In this document: positions 47,131 to 56,274 of the stretch, piece after piece | How positions within the stretch are numbered: position 1 is the stretch's first letter | Layout of the letters: every line of letters begins with the position of its first letter | Assembly: GCA_018435605.1 (NCBI GenBank) | Contig: JAHDNF010000002.1 | Location: 324,538 to 388,537, forward strand | DNA: 64,000 bases | Origin: a bacterium | GTDB lineage: Bacteria > Auribacterota > Auribacteria > Auribacterales > Auribacteraceae | Reading direction: 5' to 3' | Notes under the pieces: generated by a model | The model's database searches: none | Told to the model about the DNA's origin: nothing | Seen by the model: the letters and a program-made list of their open reading frames with translations, nothing else | Program-made: the position numbers and the translations under genes

Positions 47131-49464
47131 TTATTTGATTTGATCTAGTAAATCCAGCACATCCTGCCTTTCGGGGAATGGGTCTTCACCGGCAAGCTGT
47201 AGCGCTTTTTCAAGGTAATTTTTAGCTTCATCCGGTTTGTTCATATCCATATACATTCTACCGATATGATATTGGATAGACGCGACATTGGGCGCTTTTT
47301 CCCCTGCTTCTTTGACCAGTTCGAAAGCCTGTTTGAAGTTACTGCCCTTTAGATAGATAATCCATCCGAGAGTATCCATTATCGGGCCGTTGCCGGGCAT
47401 AAGTTCGTTGGCTTTGCCGGCATAAGACATGGCTTCTTCGTAATTTTTTTCATGGGATGCGACAAGCCACGCAAGGTTGTTGAGCATAAACGGATGCGTA
47501 TCATTGACTGCTACTCCTTTACGGTACACTTCAATAGCTTTGCCCTCATCGCCGTTTTGCTCGTACATCATACCTAATCTAAAATACGGTTCAGGGGAAG
47601 TGGTGTCTATTTCTATCACCTTAGATAAATACTCGATAGCTTTATCATTATTGCCCTGAGCCATATAAAACGAGCTGAGCGTAAACAATACGTTTGCGTT
47701 TTGCGGTGCTATGTCGTAGGCTTGGATATAAAGATTTTCTGCTTCCTGTTTCTGACCGTCGTTTTCAAGAAAATTCGCGAGCAAAATTATGAAATCGATA
47801 TTTTCAGGATATTGCACCCGTTTGGCTCTTAACAGCTCAAATGCTTTATCTTTATCGCCTTTCAATATAGATATGGATGCCAGCCGTGATATTGAATCTA
47901 TATGACCGGGTCGTAAATCGATGACCTTTTGGAACTGCTCCGCGGCGCTGTCGTATTCTTTCAGATACAACATTGTTATACCCAACCCGTAAATATAGTT
48001 GGGTTCTTCAGGATATTTCTCCGCTCCATTTTCATAGATTTTTTTAGCTTCGTCAAAATTTTTCAAAGCGAGCTGAATATTCGCCAGCGAAAGCGGAATA
48101 ATCGGCGAATCTGGAAACCGCTCATAACCTTCTTTAAGAAGAATCTCGGCTTCTACCAGTTCGTTTTTCATGCGGTGCACAGCGGCCAGTTTGTAATATG
48201 CGTCATGCTCTATGACGCCTCCCTGACGCAACGCCACGATTTCTTTATAATTTTCTTTCGCGCTGTCTAATTTGCCTTGTTCGTTATAAAGATCTGCTAG
48301 ATTGATAAGCGCCTGTAGATTATGCGGATCTCTATCTATAACATTTTTAAGTGTTCTCTCCGCTTCGCTGAATTTCTTCAATTTTCGCAGATTGAACGCA
48401 ATCATTATCTCATTCTGAACGACAAACCCGTTACTTTTACGAATCATTTCACATATCTGAATGCATTTTTCCGGTTCGTTAAGCATTTGATAAGTCATTG
48501 CGATTCTGGATTTTATTTCAGTATTGGTTTTATCGCGTTGTTCGGCTTCGCGAAACTCGTACAATGCTTTATCAAATTGCTCGCTTTCAAGATAATATTC
48601 ACCGAGAATAAAAAAAGAAAGCGCGTTTTCCGGTTCAATCAATTTCGCTTTATTTAGAATCTTCGCCAGTTCGTCTTTTTTGCCGACACTATTGTAAGCC
48701 TGACTCAAAGCGATATACAAGGTATAATCTTTCGGGAATTGATTTAAAGTGCCTTCGAGAATCTCTATGGCTTTTTCTGTTTTCCCGCTCAAAAGATAAG
48801 CCTGCGCCATCACATTACGAGCTTCTTTGGAGTTAGGATTGGAACTAAGCACAATTTCACATTTATCTATGGCGCGCTGATATTCTTTTCGATCAAGGTA
48901 ATAGGAGGCGATGACAATTCGTTCATCTATATTTTGCGTATTGATAATACTTTTTTTGATATGCTCGATAGCGGCTTGTTCGTCGTTCTCGTCAAGATAT
49001 ATATATGTAAGAATCTTATGCGAATCCATATCGGTCGAATTCAGTTCAATAGATTTGTACAGATATTTTTTTGCTTTTTCAGTATCTTTGAGCATGAGGT
49101 AATATATGCGTCCAAGGCGTGCGTATGCCCTGGATTCAGTAGGATCGCGCTTTATTGCCAGTTCAAAGGCTTCTATAGCTTGATCCGCTTGTCCAAGCCC
49201 TTCATAAGCTAAACCTTCCAAAATAGCTACAACCGCGTATTCAGGAAATTCCACACCTAATTGTTTGGCGATAGACAGCACTTTGTAAAAATCTCCTTGA
49301 TTTATAAGCATAATTGCCTGACTGATCCGCTGGTCGAGTTGCCCCTGATCACTTTTTTCTGACATAGCCCGAGGCACGTCCATATGCATAGAAACCGCGA
49401 AAACAGTGGTTGCCAATAAAATCATTAATATAGCGGATACAGTACATCTCATAACTTTGTTCAT
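47131..49464 (-). CDS. Secreted tetratricopeptide-repeat protein
   Basis: 777 aa. N-terminal signal peptide MNKVMRCTVSAILMILLATTVFA, followed by ~18 TPR units. Confidence 0.7.
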   Translation of the reverse strand: MNKVMRCTVSAILMILLATTVFAVSMHMDVPRAMSEKSDQGQLDQRISQAIMLINQGDFYKVLSIAKQLGVEFPEYAVVAILEGLAYEGLGQADQAIEAFELAIKRDPTESRAYARLGRIYYLMLKDTEKAKKYLYKSIELNSTDMDSHKILTYIYLDENDEQAAIEHIKKSIINTQNIDERIVIASYYLDRKEYQRAIDKCEIVLSSNPNSKEARNVMAQAYLLSGKTEKAIEILEGTLNQFPKDYTLYIALSQAYNSVGKKDELAKILNKAKLIEPENALSFFILGEYYLESEQFDKALYEFREAEQRDKTNTEIKSRIAMTYQMLNEPEKCIQICEMIRKSNGFVVQNEIMIAFNLRKLKKFSEAERTLKNVIDRDPHNLQALINLADLYNEQGKLDSAKENYKEIVALRQGGVIEHDAYYKLAAVHRMKNELVEAEILLKEGYERFPDSPIIPLSLANIQLALKNFDEAKKIYENGAEKYPEEPNYIYGLGITMLYLKEYDSAAEQFQKVIDLRPGHIDSISRLASISILKGDKDKAFELLRAKRVQYPENIDFIILLANFLENDGQKQEAENLYIQAYDIAPQNANVLFTLSSFYMAQGNNDKAIEYLSKVIEIDTTSPEPYFRLGMMYEQNGDEGKAIEVYRKGVAVNDTHPFMLNNLAWLVASHEKNYEEAMSYAGKANELMPGNGPIMDTLGWIIYLKGSNFKQAFELVKEAGEKAPNVASIQYHIGRMYMDMNKPDEAKNYLEKALQLAGEDPFPERQDVLDLLDQIK

Positions 49465-49780
49465 AGAAAATTCTCCTTTTAGTTAAGGGGCTTCTGAAAA
49501 TCAGGCTCAAAGAGTTCCGTCATTTCAATCAGATTATGCCCTGCAAGGTAATCTATCCATGACAGTCGGCCAGACATTTTTTACTTTTCAGAATTTCCTT
49601 AAGGATAATGGGTTGCGTATATAATAGTCTTTTATATATCGTCTAAATGCTTAGATTCATGAGTTGACGGTCTGTAAATCCGTTTAAGCAAAGTTACATC
49701 TAAAATAAAAAATCGTATTCTGTCAACATATTTAAACACCGTTCGGAGCATAATACAAGGATATTTCCTCATAACTTATT

Positions 49781-50494
49781 TCATTGCGAATCGTTCTCGC
49801 CGATCATCATACGAAGTCCGTCAACAAGCACAAATCTTCCTAAAGGGATAACCTGAACCGAATCAAAACTCCGCAGAAAAAGCGGATTGTCGCATAATCC
49901 GCCGGAAATATACAATACATCCGGCTTCTTAGCGAACGCATGAACGTTGTCAGCAAGACCTTTCATGAACCGTGCGAACGCATAATCGGGATCGCAGTCG
50001 TCGGCGATCAGGTCGAACATGCGCGTCATACCCAAGATACCGCAAGTTAGAGACAACGGTCGGTCTGCGGGTTGTATACTATTCGGGTTGCACTGAAAAT
50101 GGCGTTGAAGCAGTTCGACTATCTGCCCGCAAAACGCCCCGCATTCGGCGTTCCAATCCATGGTCGCAACGCCTTGAGATACACTAATATATTTTATATC
50201 CCGCGAACCGCAATCGACGACAGTGTAAGTATCCTCGTCTTTGATATACGATTCCGCTCCTTTTGCCAACGCTATAAGTTCATTTACAACATAACCGCTC
50301 AAACGGTTCGCGTTATGCCCTGTGGCCGCCGCTACCGAATAATCAGCGGTTAACTCTTTAATGCGATTCGACGGTATAACTTCATAAGCGCGTGAACTTA
50401 AATGATAGACTTTACTGTATGATGTCCCGCTGTCAATAATTATCTGCGGTTTTATTTGCTTAGCCATAGTTACAATTTCTTTCCGTGAATCCAA
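49781..50494 (-). CDS. ASKHA-superfamily ATPase (BadF/BadG/BcrA/BcrD activase-like or CoaX-like)
   Basis: 237 aa. N-terminal IIIDSGTSYSKVY, central VVDCGSRD, C-terminal VLYISGGLCDNP. Family assignment is ambiguous from sequence alone. Confidence 0.4.
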   Translation of the reverse strand: MDSRKEIVTMAKQIKPQIIIDSGTSYSKVYHLSSRAYEVIPSNRIKELTADYSVAAATGHNANRLSGYVVNELIALAKGAESYIKDEDTYTVVDCGSRDIKYISVSQGVATMDWNAECGAFCGQIVELLQRHFQCNPNSIQPADRPLSLTCGILGMTRMFDLIADDCDPDYAFARFMKGLADNVHAFAKKPDVLYISGGLCDNPLFLRSFDSVQVIPLGRFVLVDGLRMMIGENDSQ

Positions 50495-51327
50495 AGAAAC
50501 GCCTCGATTTTTGCTTTTATCGAATGATCAACCCGTGAATCCACCTCGACATATAAACCGTTATACTGCGATGCAAGCCGGTATGCCAGTATATTTTTCG
50601 GGCAAAAAGCCTGCGCGAAAAATATTGTGGGGATAGCCGGATCAACCAGTTCTTCCAGTTCAGTATCGGATGGAGTCCTGTTTTCCATGCACCGCGCCCA
50701 TCCGAATATATGCGTGTTATCGGGAAAAAGTTCAAGCACGGAAAAATCGTTGGGCGGCACTCCCCAAAATCCGAATGCAGGATCGGTTTTCTTTATATCG
50801 CCGGATAGTGTATCTGATATAAGTCCATTGACAATACGCTCCATTTTTTCAAGTAGCGGCAGTCCGCTTTCGCAAATGGGATTTCCCCGCCGTTCAAGAG
50901 AACGGTTTTCCGTAAGTAGCACGGGGATAGACAATACCTTTTGCAATTGCATACCCAGAAACCTGCCTCCGTCGCATTTATCGTAACCGGCGCTGAGTAT
51001 TATCCAGTCCAAATCCTTATACAATAAGGCGTTTGACGCAATAGTTCGAAGTGTTGCACAACTTATTTTAGGAATAATAGTTTCTGCCACAGAAATATCA
51101 TGGCCGGCAGGCATATCGAGGTCGACAACCTTGCTACTGACAGCGATTGCTTCACGTAAAATAGGTTCAGGCGGAACTCCGGTAAACCCCAAAGTCAGGG
51201 GCTTTTTAAGTGCCCGCATACGGTTGATAACAGGATTTAGTTCATCTAGCGACGTAATCAATCGCATCCTGTTTTTCTCCTTCCATAAAAAAACAAATCC
51301 TAACAAGATCGCCGCAATCCACGTCAT
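50470..51327 (-). CDS. Hypothetical protein, possibly acyl-CoA dehydratase subunit-like partner of the upstream ATPase
   Basis: 285 aa. Overlaps its neighbours. No motif I can name confidently. The true start may be the internal MRLITSLDEL. Confidence 0.3.
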   Translation of the reverse strand: MTWIAAILLGFVFLWKEKNRMRLITSLDELNPVINRMRALKKPLTLGFTGVPPEPILREAIAVSSKVVDLDMPAGHDISVAETIIPKISCATLRTIASNALLYKDLDWIILSAGYDKCDGGRFLGMQLQKVLSIPVLLTENRSLERRGNPICESGLPLLEKMERIVNGLISDTLSGDIKKTDPAFGFWGVPPNDFSVLELFPDNTHIFGWARCMENRTPSDTELEELVDPAIPTIFFAQAFCPKNILAYRLASQYNGLYVEVDSRVDHSIKAKIEAFLWIHGKKL

Positions 51328-53797
51328 CTCCGAATACCGCTAAGATAACGTCCTGCGCTCTTGCTGTATTATGCAGAGCCATCTTTACGGCACTCTCATC
51401 AACTTTCATGGCAAGTATAAACGGACGCAGATCAACGCTTTTTATTTTTCCGGTGTTAAGTGTGCGGGTATAGATCAAAGACGAATCGGCCATCACTTGT
51501 AACACACGTTCTCCCATAAGATCAATTTTTTCCTGTGATAAGTTGTGCGGCATCTTATATACCGCATAAGCGCATTCCGCTTCCATTTTTTCGATCCTGT
51601 CAGTAACGCAGGCAATGTCAAAAATTGCCAGCTCCTCGGGTAACTGACGGCTTATGCGCTGTTGGAGTTCTGCGGGCGGTATATTTTCCACCAACTCAAA
51701 ACGTATAGGTTCTCGAAGCCCTGCCATACCTGTAGACAATGCAGGGCCGAAAGAAAATTTCGGGTGCGGATTGAACCCGCAACTATGGTTGATCCGAATA
51801 CCCTCACGGCGGAACGAGCGAATAAGAGTATTTATTACTTCGCGATGCGACAGAAACTTATAAATACCGTTTTTTCGAAAAAATCCATGATATGAATAAA
51901 CCTTGCCGTCAGCCGGCACGGGGTTTTCCGGCACTTTAACCGCGGATAACGAACCTTGCTTCGACGAAAAATATTCAGGGATGCAAACACCGCACTGATG
52001 ACACTGCTGCTGTCCGCACGGAGATGTCAATTCCCCGCGCATACTTTTTTCAAGCTCGCTGATCAAATACGACTCTCGAACTCCAGTATCTATATGAGAC
52101 CACGGAAGTAAAACGCCCGAACGGTATGGACGGTACACATATTTTTCAGGGTCTATCCCGCAAACCTCAAACGCTTTTTGCCATATACTTATATCGAATT
52201 CATCCGTCCATGCGTCAAACAGCGCTCCCCTTCGGTAAGCCTCTTCTATCACCTCGCCTATGCGTCTGTCTCCGCGCGATATCACCGCTTCAAGGAAACT
52301 TGCGTCGGCGTCATGCCATTTCAGCTTTATTTTTCGTTTGCGTCTGATCATATCCAGAAGTCGTTGCTGTTTCTCAAAAACAGAGTCGCGGCGTTCCATA
52401 GCGTGCCATTGAAACGGCGTATGAGGTTTAGGCACAAAAGTCGATACGCTGACATTGATATTACCGCCTCGCGCAGAAATGGAATGCCCAATGCGCGACA
52501 GGGAATCGGCAAGAGCGACAATATCAGCGATATCAGAATCGGTTTCTGTCGGAAGACCGATCATAAAATACAATTTCAAAAGTTGCCAGCCTTGGGAAAA
52601 TGCGAATCGGGCGGCAGATGTTATTTCTTCCATACTGACATTTTTATTTATGACGTCGCGCAACCGTTGCGAACCCGCTTCCGGAGCAAGGGTAAACCCT
52701 GTTTTGCGGACAGATTGTATCTGCTCGGCGATATGTTCTGATACAGCGCCGGTTCGCATGGACGGCAGTGAAAGCGCTATGGTTTTTTCGCGGAAAATTT
52801 GCATCAGATGCCCTACAAGTCCTTCCAAACAAGGGTAACTGCTTACGTCAAGCGAAGTAAGAGACACCTCATCCAGTCCGGTATTGCGAAGGTTGTCGCA
52901 AATCGTTTTTACTATATCGTCAGGCCGTCGCGAGCGGTTAGGACGATAAATGACTCCTGCCTGACAAAATCTGCACCCTGCATTGCATCCGCGTGAAATT
53001 TCCACGTTAATGCGGTCGTGAACCATTTCACAAAACGGTACGGGAAACGAATCCGGATAAATTGTCTGATTTAGGTCAAATTCTATACGCCTGACAACCG
53101 GATAAGGGGCAGACCCTGAATCGGGTTTTACAACGACCAACCCTGTTTCCACTTCGGTCTGCGTTTCATACAAAGAAGGCACATAAACACCGGATATACA
53201 AGTGAGCGATTGGAGTATCTCTTTGCGGGACAATCTGTTTAGCCGTCCTTCACGAACACAATGACACACCTGCACAGCGGCGGTTTCACCGTCGCCTATC
53301 AAAAATGCATCTATAAACAAGGCCATCGGTTCGGGATTATATACACACGGTCCTCCGGAAATTACGATCGGATCAGCCTCGTTCCGGTCTGCAGAGCGTA
53401 AAGGGATATTCGACGCATCCAGCATATTTAATACATTAGTGTATCCCAGTTCGTACTGAAAAGAAAAACCGACTATATCCATTTTCCCGAGAGGCGTTTG
53501 AGTTTCAAGGGTACACAACGGCAGAGACGAAGCCTTGAGCGCCTCGACATAGTCGCGTGCCGGCGCATAAACCCTCTGAGCCACTATACTTGGATCTTTA
53601 TTGAGCAGTGTATAAAGGATACGAATTCCAAGATGCGACATACCGATTTCGTACATATCGGGAAAGGCGAGCACAATATGCACCGCATCGTCAGACGCTT
53701 TTTTTACGATGCTGTTCCACTCATGTCCGATATAGCGTGATGGTTTTTGTATCTGAGAGAGCAAGCGTTCATAGCGCTTGTTTTTATTATTGATCAT
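51242..53797 (-). CDS. B12-binding-domain radical SAM protein fused to a DUF2344-like C-terminal domain
   Basis: 851 aa. Radical SAM cluster CNAGCRFC. N-terminal B12-binding-like VLAFPDMYEIGMSHLGIRILY. The architecture matches the widespread uncharacterised rSAM family that is usually fused or paired with DUF2344. Confidence 0.65.
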   Translation of the reverse strand: MINNKNKRYERLLSQIQKPSRYIGHEWNSIVKKASDDAVHIVLAFPDMYEIGMSHLGIRILYTLLNKDPSIVAQRVYAPARDYVEALKASSLPLCTLETQTPLGKMDIVGFSFQYELGYTNVLNMLDASNIPLRSADRNEADPIVISGGPCVYNPEPMALFIDAFLIGDGETAAVQVCHCVREGRLNRLSRKEILQSLTCISGVYVPSLYETQTEVETGLVVVKPDSGSAPYPVVRRIEFDLNQTIYPDSFPVPFCEMVHDRINVEISRGCNAGCRFCQAGVIYRPNRSRRPDDIVKTICDNLRNTGLDEVSLTSLDVSSYPCLEGLVGHLMQIFREKTIALSLPSMRTGAVSEHIAEQIQSVRKTGFTLAPEAGSQRLRDVINKNVSMEEITSAARFAFSQGWQLLKLYFMIGLPTETDSDIADIVALADSLSRIGHSISARGGNINVSVSTFVPKPHTPFQWHAMERRDSVFEKQQRLLDMIRRKRKIKLKWHDADASFLEAVISRGDRRIGEVIEEAYRRGALFDAWTDEFDISIWQKAFEVCGIDPEKYVYRPYRSGVLLPWSHIDTGVRESYLISELEKSMRGELTSPCGQQQCHQCGVCIPEYFSSKQGSLSAVKVPENPVPADGKVYSYHGFFRKNGIYKFLSHREVINTLIRSFRREGIRINHSCGFNPHPKFSFGPALSTGMAGLREPIRFELVENIPPAELQQRISRQLPEELAIFDIACVTDRIEKMEAECAYAVYKMPHNLSQEKIDLMGERVLQVMADSSLIYTRTLNTGKIKSVDLRPFILAMKVDESAVKMALHNTARAQDVILAVFGDDVDCGDLVRICFFMEGEKQDAIDYVAR

Positions 53798-54579
53798 GTG
53801 TAAACTTCGACTGGTAACGAAGGAATTTCTTTTAAAATTTTATTTTTGATCTGCTCCAGCCGTGCGGGCAATACTTTTTTTAAACGCATATCAGCAGGTT
53901 CGCGATCCAGAGAATAAATTTGCACGCTCTGAGGCCGAATTATCTTGTAACATATTATCAGGCTTTCCACAGCTTTATCTGTACAATTAGATACAGCTCC
54001 ATCAATGAACAAAGTCTGAATGATAAGCCGGTCAAGCGACCGCAATAAGGCGATCACTCTATCGAATTGAATACCCGGATGAGGTTGATTGATTTTAGCG
54101 AACAAGTCGGAATCACCGGCATCCAGTTTAAAAATTTTCATGTCGAACTTGCGGACAGCTTCAAGCACCGGCTGTTCATGGAGTTGTGAACACGATGAAT
54201 TGGATAACAAAGCCAATCCGGCAGACGGCATATGTGTGTTTCGTAGCGCTATCGCTTCATCGACCAATTGTGCAAAAAATGGATACAGGGTGGGTTCCCC
54301 GTTTCCTGCAAAAGTGATGTAATCAAATTTTTGTCCGCACTCGACAGAATGAAGAAGTGTGGAATTCAGTTCGTCCACTATCATTTTTTTATCCGGGAAC
54401 GATGTTGCCGCAGATGGATCGATCACCTGCTCTTTTGTAAAGCCATACTGGCAATAAACACAGTTAAAAGAACAAACCTTATGATCGGTGGGCAACAGGT
54501 TGACACCCAGAGAGACGCCGAGTCTCCTTGAATGTATAGGCCCGTATACGAAAGACTTCTGTAACTCTATTTTTTTCAT
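53794..54579 (-). CDS. Small radical SAM domain protein
   Basis: 261 aa with CSFNCVYCQYG (CxxxCxxC) near the N-terminus. Its start overlaps the upstream gene by 4 nt. Confidence 0.6.
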   Translation of the reverse strand: MKKIELQKSFVYGPIHSRRLGVSLGVNLLPTDHKVCSFNCVYCQYGFTKEQVIDPSAATSFPDKKMIVDELNSTLLHSVECGQKFDYITFAGNGEPTLYPFFAQLVDEAIALRNTHMPSAGLALLSNSSCSQLHEQPVLEAVRKFDMKIFKLDAGDSDLFAKINQPHPGIQFDRVIALLRSLDRLIIQTLFIDGAVSNCTDKAVESLIICYKIIRPQSVQIYSLDREPADMRLKKVLPARLEQIKNKILKEIPSLPVEVYT

Positions 54580-54699
54580 CTATACAATTTCCTTAAAATG
54601 TCCGCCGTTACAACAGCGTCAAAACTCCATGCATTATCCTTAAAAAAACGACTTTAAAATATGAATCGTCCTTCGGCTTAATCAAAACAATCCCCGCCG

Positions 54700-56217
54700 C
54701 TACTTATCCCAGTTGCGCAATACTTCGCAAATTATCCTTACACCGGCTCCGGTCGCTCCTTTGGAAAAATATCCTTTTTCGTTGTTATCCATCCATGCGG
54801 TGGACGCTATATCAAGATGCACCCAAGGAATATTTTTACCTACGAATTTTTTCAAAAAAATGCCGCCTATTATAGTGCCTGCCCCCGGGCCTCCGACATT
54901 TTTAATATCCGCGGTTTCGCTTTTAATCAATTCATCGTAGTCTTCCCACAATGGCAGTTCCCAAACCCGCTCGCCCGAACCTTCGTCATTTTGAATGAAC
55001 CGTCTAATCAAACCCTTGTTGTTGCCCATTATAGCCATAGCCTTATTTCCGAGCGCAACCATGCAGGCTCCGGTAAGAGTGGCAAGGTCTATCAATGCTT
55101 GAGGTTTGCAGGTATCGCTTGCATAGTGCAAAGCGTCAGCCAAAAGCAGTCGCCCTTCCGCATCGGTCGATATGACCTCTACGGTAGTGCCCGACGCCAT
55201 GGCTATTACATCACCGGGTTTATAAGCGGTTGCCGCAGGCATATTTTCCGCAGTCGGAATAAGTCCTATAATGTGATGAGGAAAATTCAGTTCCGCGGCA
55301 ATTTTAATTATACCCAGCACCGCCCCTGCGCCAGCCATATCGTACTTCATTTTTTCCATACCGTTCCATGGTTTAATGGAAATGCCGCCGCTGTCAAAAG
55401 TTACTCCTTTACCGACGATAACTATGGGTTTTCCTTTGTTCTCACCGGCATAATCTATAATCACGAACCGAGGCGGATTAGCGCTCCCTTTGCCCACAGA
55501 TAGAATACCGTTCATACCGTGTTCACGCATGGCATTTTCATCCATGACTGTGCATGTCAAACGCGAATTGCCTTCGCATAGCTTGATTGAACGGTCGGCT
55601 ATGGATTCAGGTGTCAGTTCATTGGACGGTGTGTTTATCAGATTTCTAACCATATTGACGTTCGCCGCTATTATTGCCCCGTCATGCAATCCGTTTTGAA
55701 AAGCGCCTTTAGGCGCGCCGAACAACCTTACGTTCAGCTCCTTTTTGTTTTTTTCCTTTTTACTTTTGAAACAATCGAATTCGTACCGCGACAGACTAAT
55801 GGATTCAGCAGTAGCTTTTCCGGCGCTGTAATTATTGACAGGAAACGGAAGCAACGGCTGAACAAATATTGTATATGCCCGTATATTGAACGATTGTGCT
55901 ACGCTGTCGATGCCGGCAACCAGCCTGCGAAGTTTCTCGCAGGTAAAATCACGCCGTTTACCTGCTCCGACGAGAAGAACGCGCTCGAACGGTTTTTCTT
56001 CGCAATAAAAACTTAATGACGAACCCGCTTTACCTTTCATATCGCCGCTGTCTAAAACCTTTTTCACCGATTGATACAGATTCCGGTCAATCGGTTCCAG
56101 CCAATCGACATTTTTTTGGTCGTTTTCGAATACCGGTATTATTGCCAGTTCTTTGTAACACATGGAAACCGCGTGGATGCTTTTTATCAGCATGCTATAA
56201 CTCCTCTTTTCAAGCAT
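54700..56217 (-). CDS. pepA: Leucyl aminopeptidase (M17)
   Basis: NTDAEGRL signature (VISTDAEGRLLLADALHYA). 505 aa. Confidence 0.9.
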   Translation of the reverse strand: MLEKRSYSMLIKSIHAVSMCYKELAIIPVFENDQKNVDWLEPIDRNLYQSVKKVLDSGDMKGKAGSSLSFYCEEKPFERVLLVGAGKRRDFTCEKLRRLVAGIDSVAQSFNIRAYTIFVQPLLPFPVNNYSAGKATAESISLSRYEFDCFKSKKEKNKKELNVRLFGAPKGAFQNGLHDGAIIAANVNMVRNLINTPSNELTPESIADRSIKLCEGNSRLTCTVMDENAMREHGMNGILSVGKGSANPPRFVIIDYAGENKGKPIVIVGKGVTFDSGGISIKPWNGMEKMKYDMAGAGAVLGIIKIAAELNFPHHIIGLIPTAENMPAATAYKPGDVIAMASGTTVEVISTDAEGRLLLADALHYASDTCKPQALIDLATLTGACMVALGNKAMAIMGNNKGLIRRFIQNDEGSGERVWELPLWEDYDELIKSETADIKNVGGPGAGTIIGGIFLKKFVGKNIPWVHLDIASTAWMDNNEKGYFSKGATGAGVRIICEVLRNWDK

Positions 56218-56274
56218 ATATTATCAATGTCATTGTAATACTTATAATATTCGGTGTAACTGTTTATTTGAAAA

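Noticed and set aside
52178-55503. Plus-strand ORFs 52178..52741, 52455..52838 and 54817..55503 inside the radical SAM and pepA genes
   Set aside because: Antisense to strongly supported minus-strand genes (rSAM CxxxCxxC, pepA NTDAEGRL).
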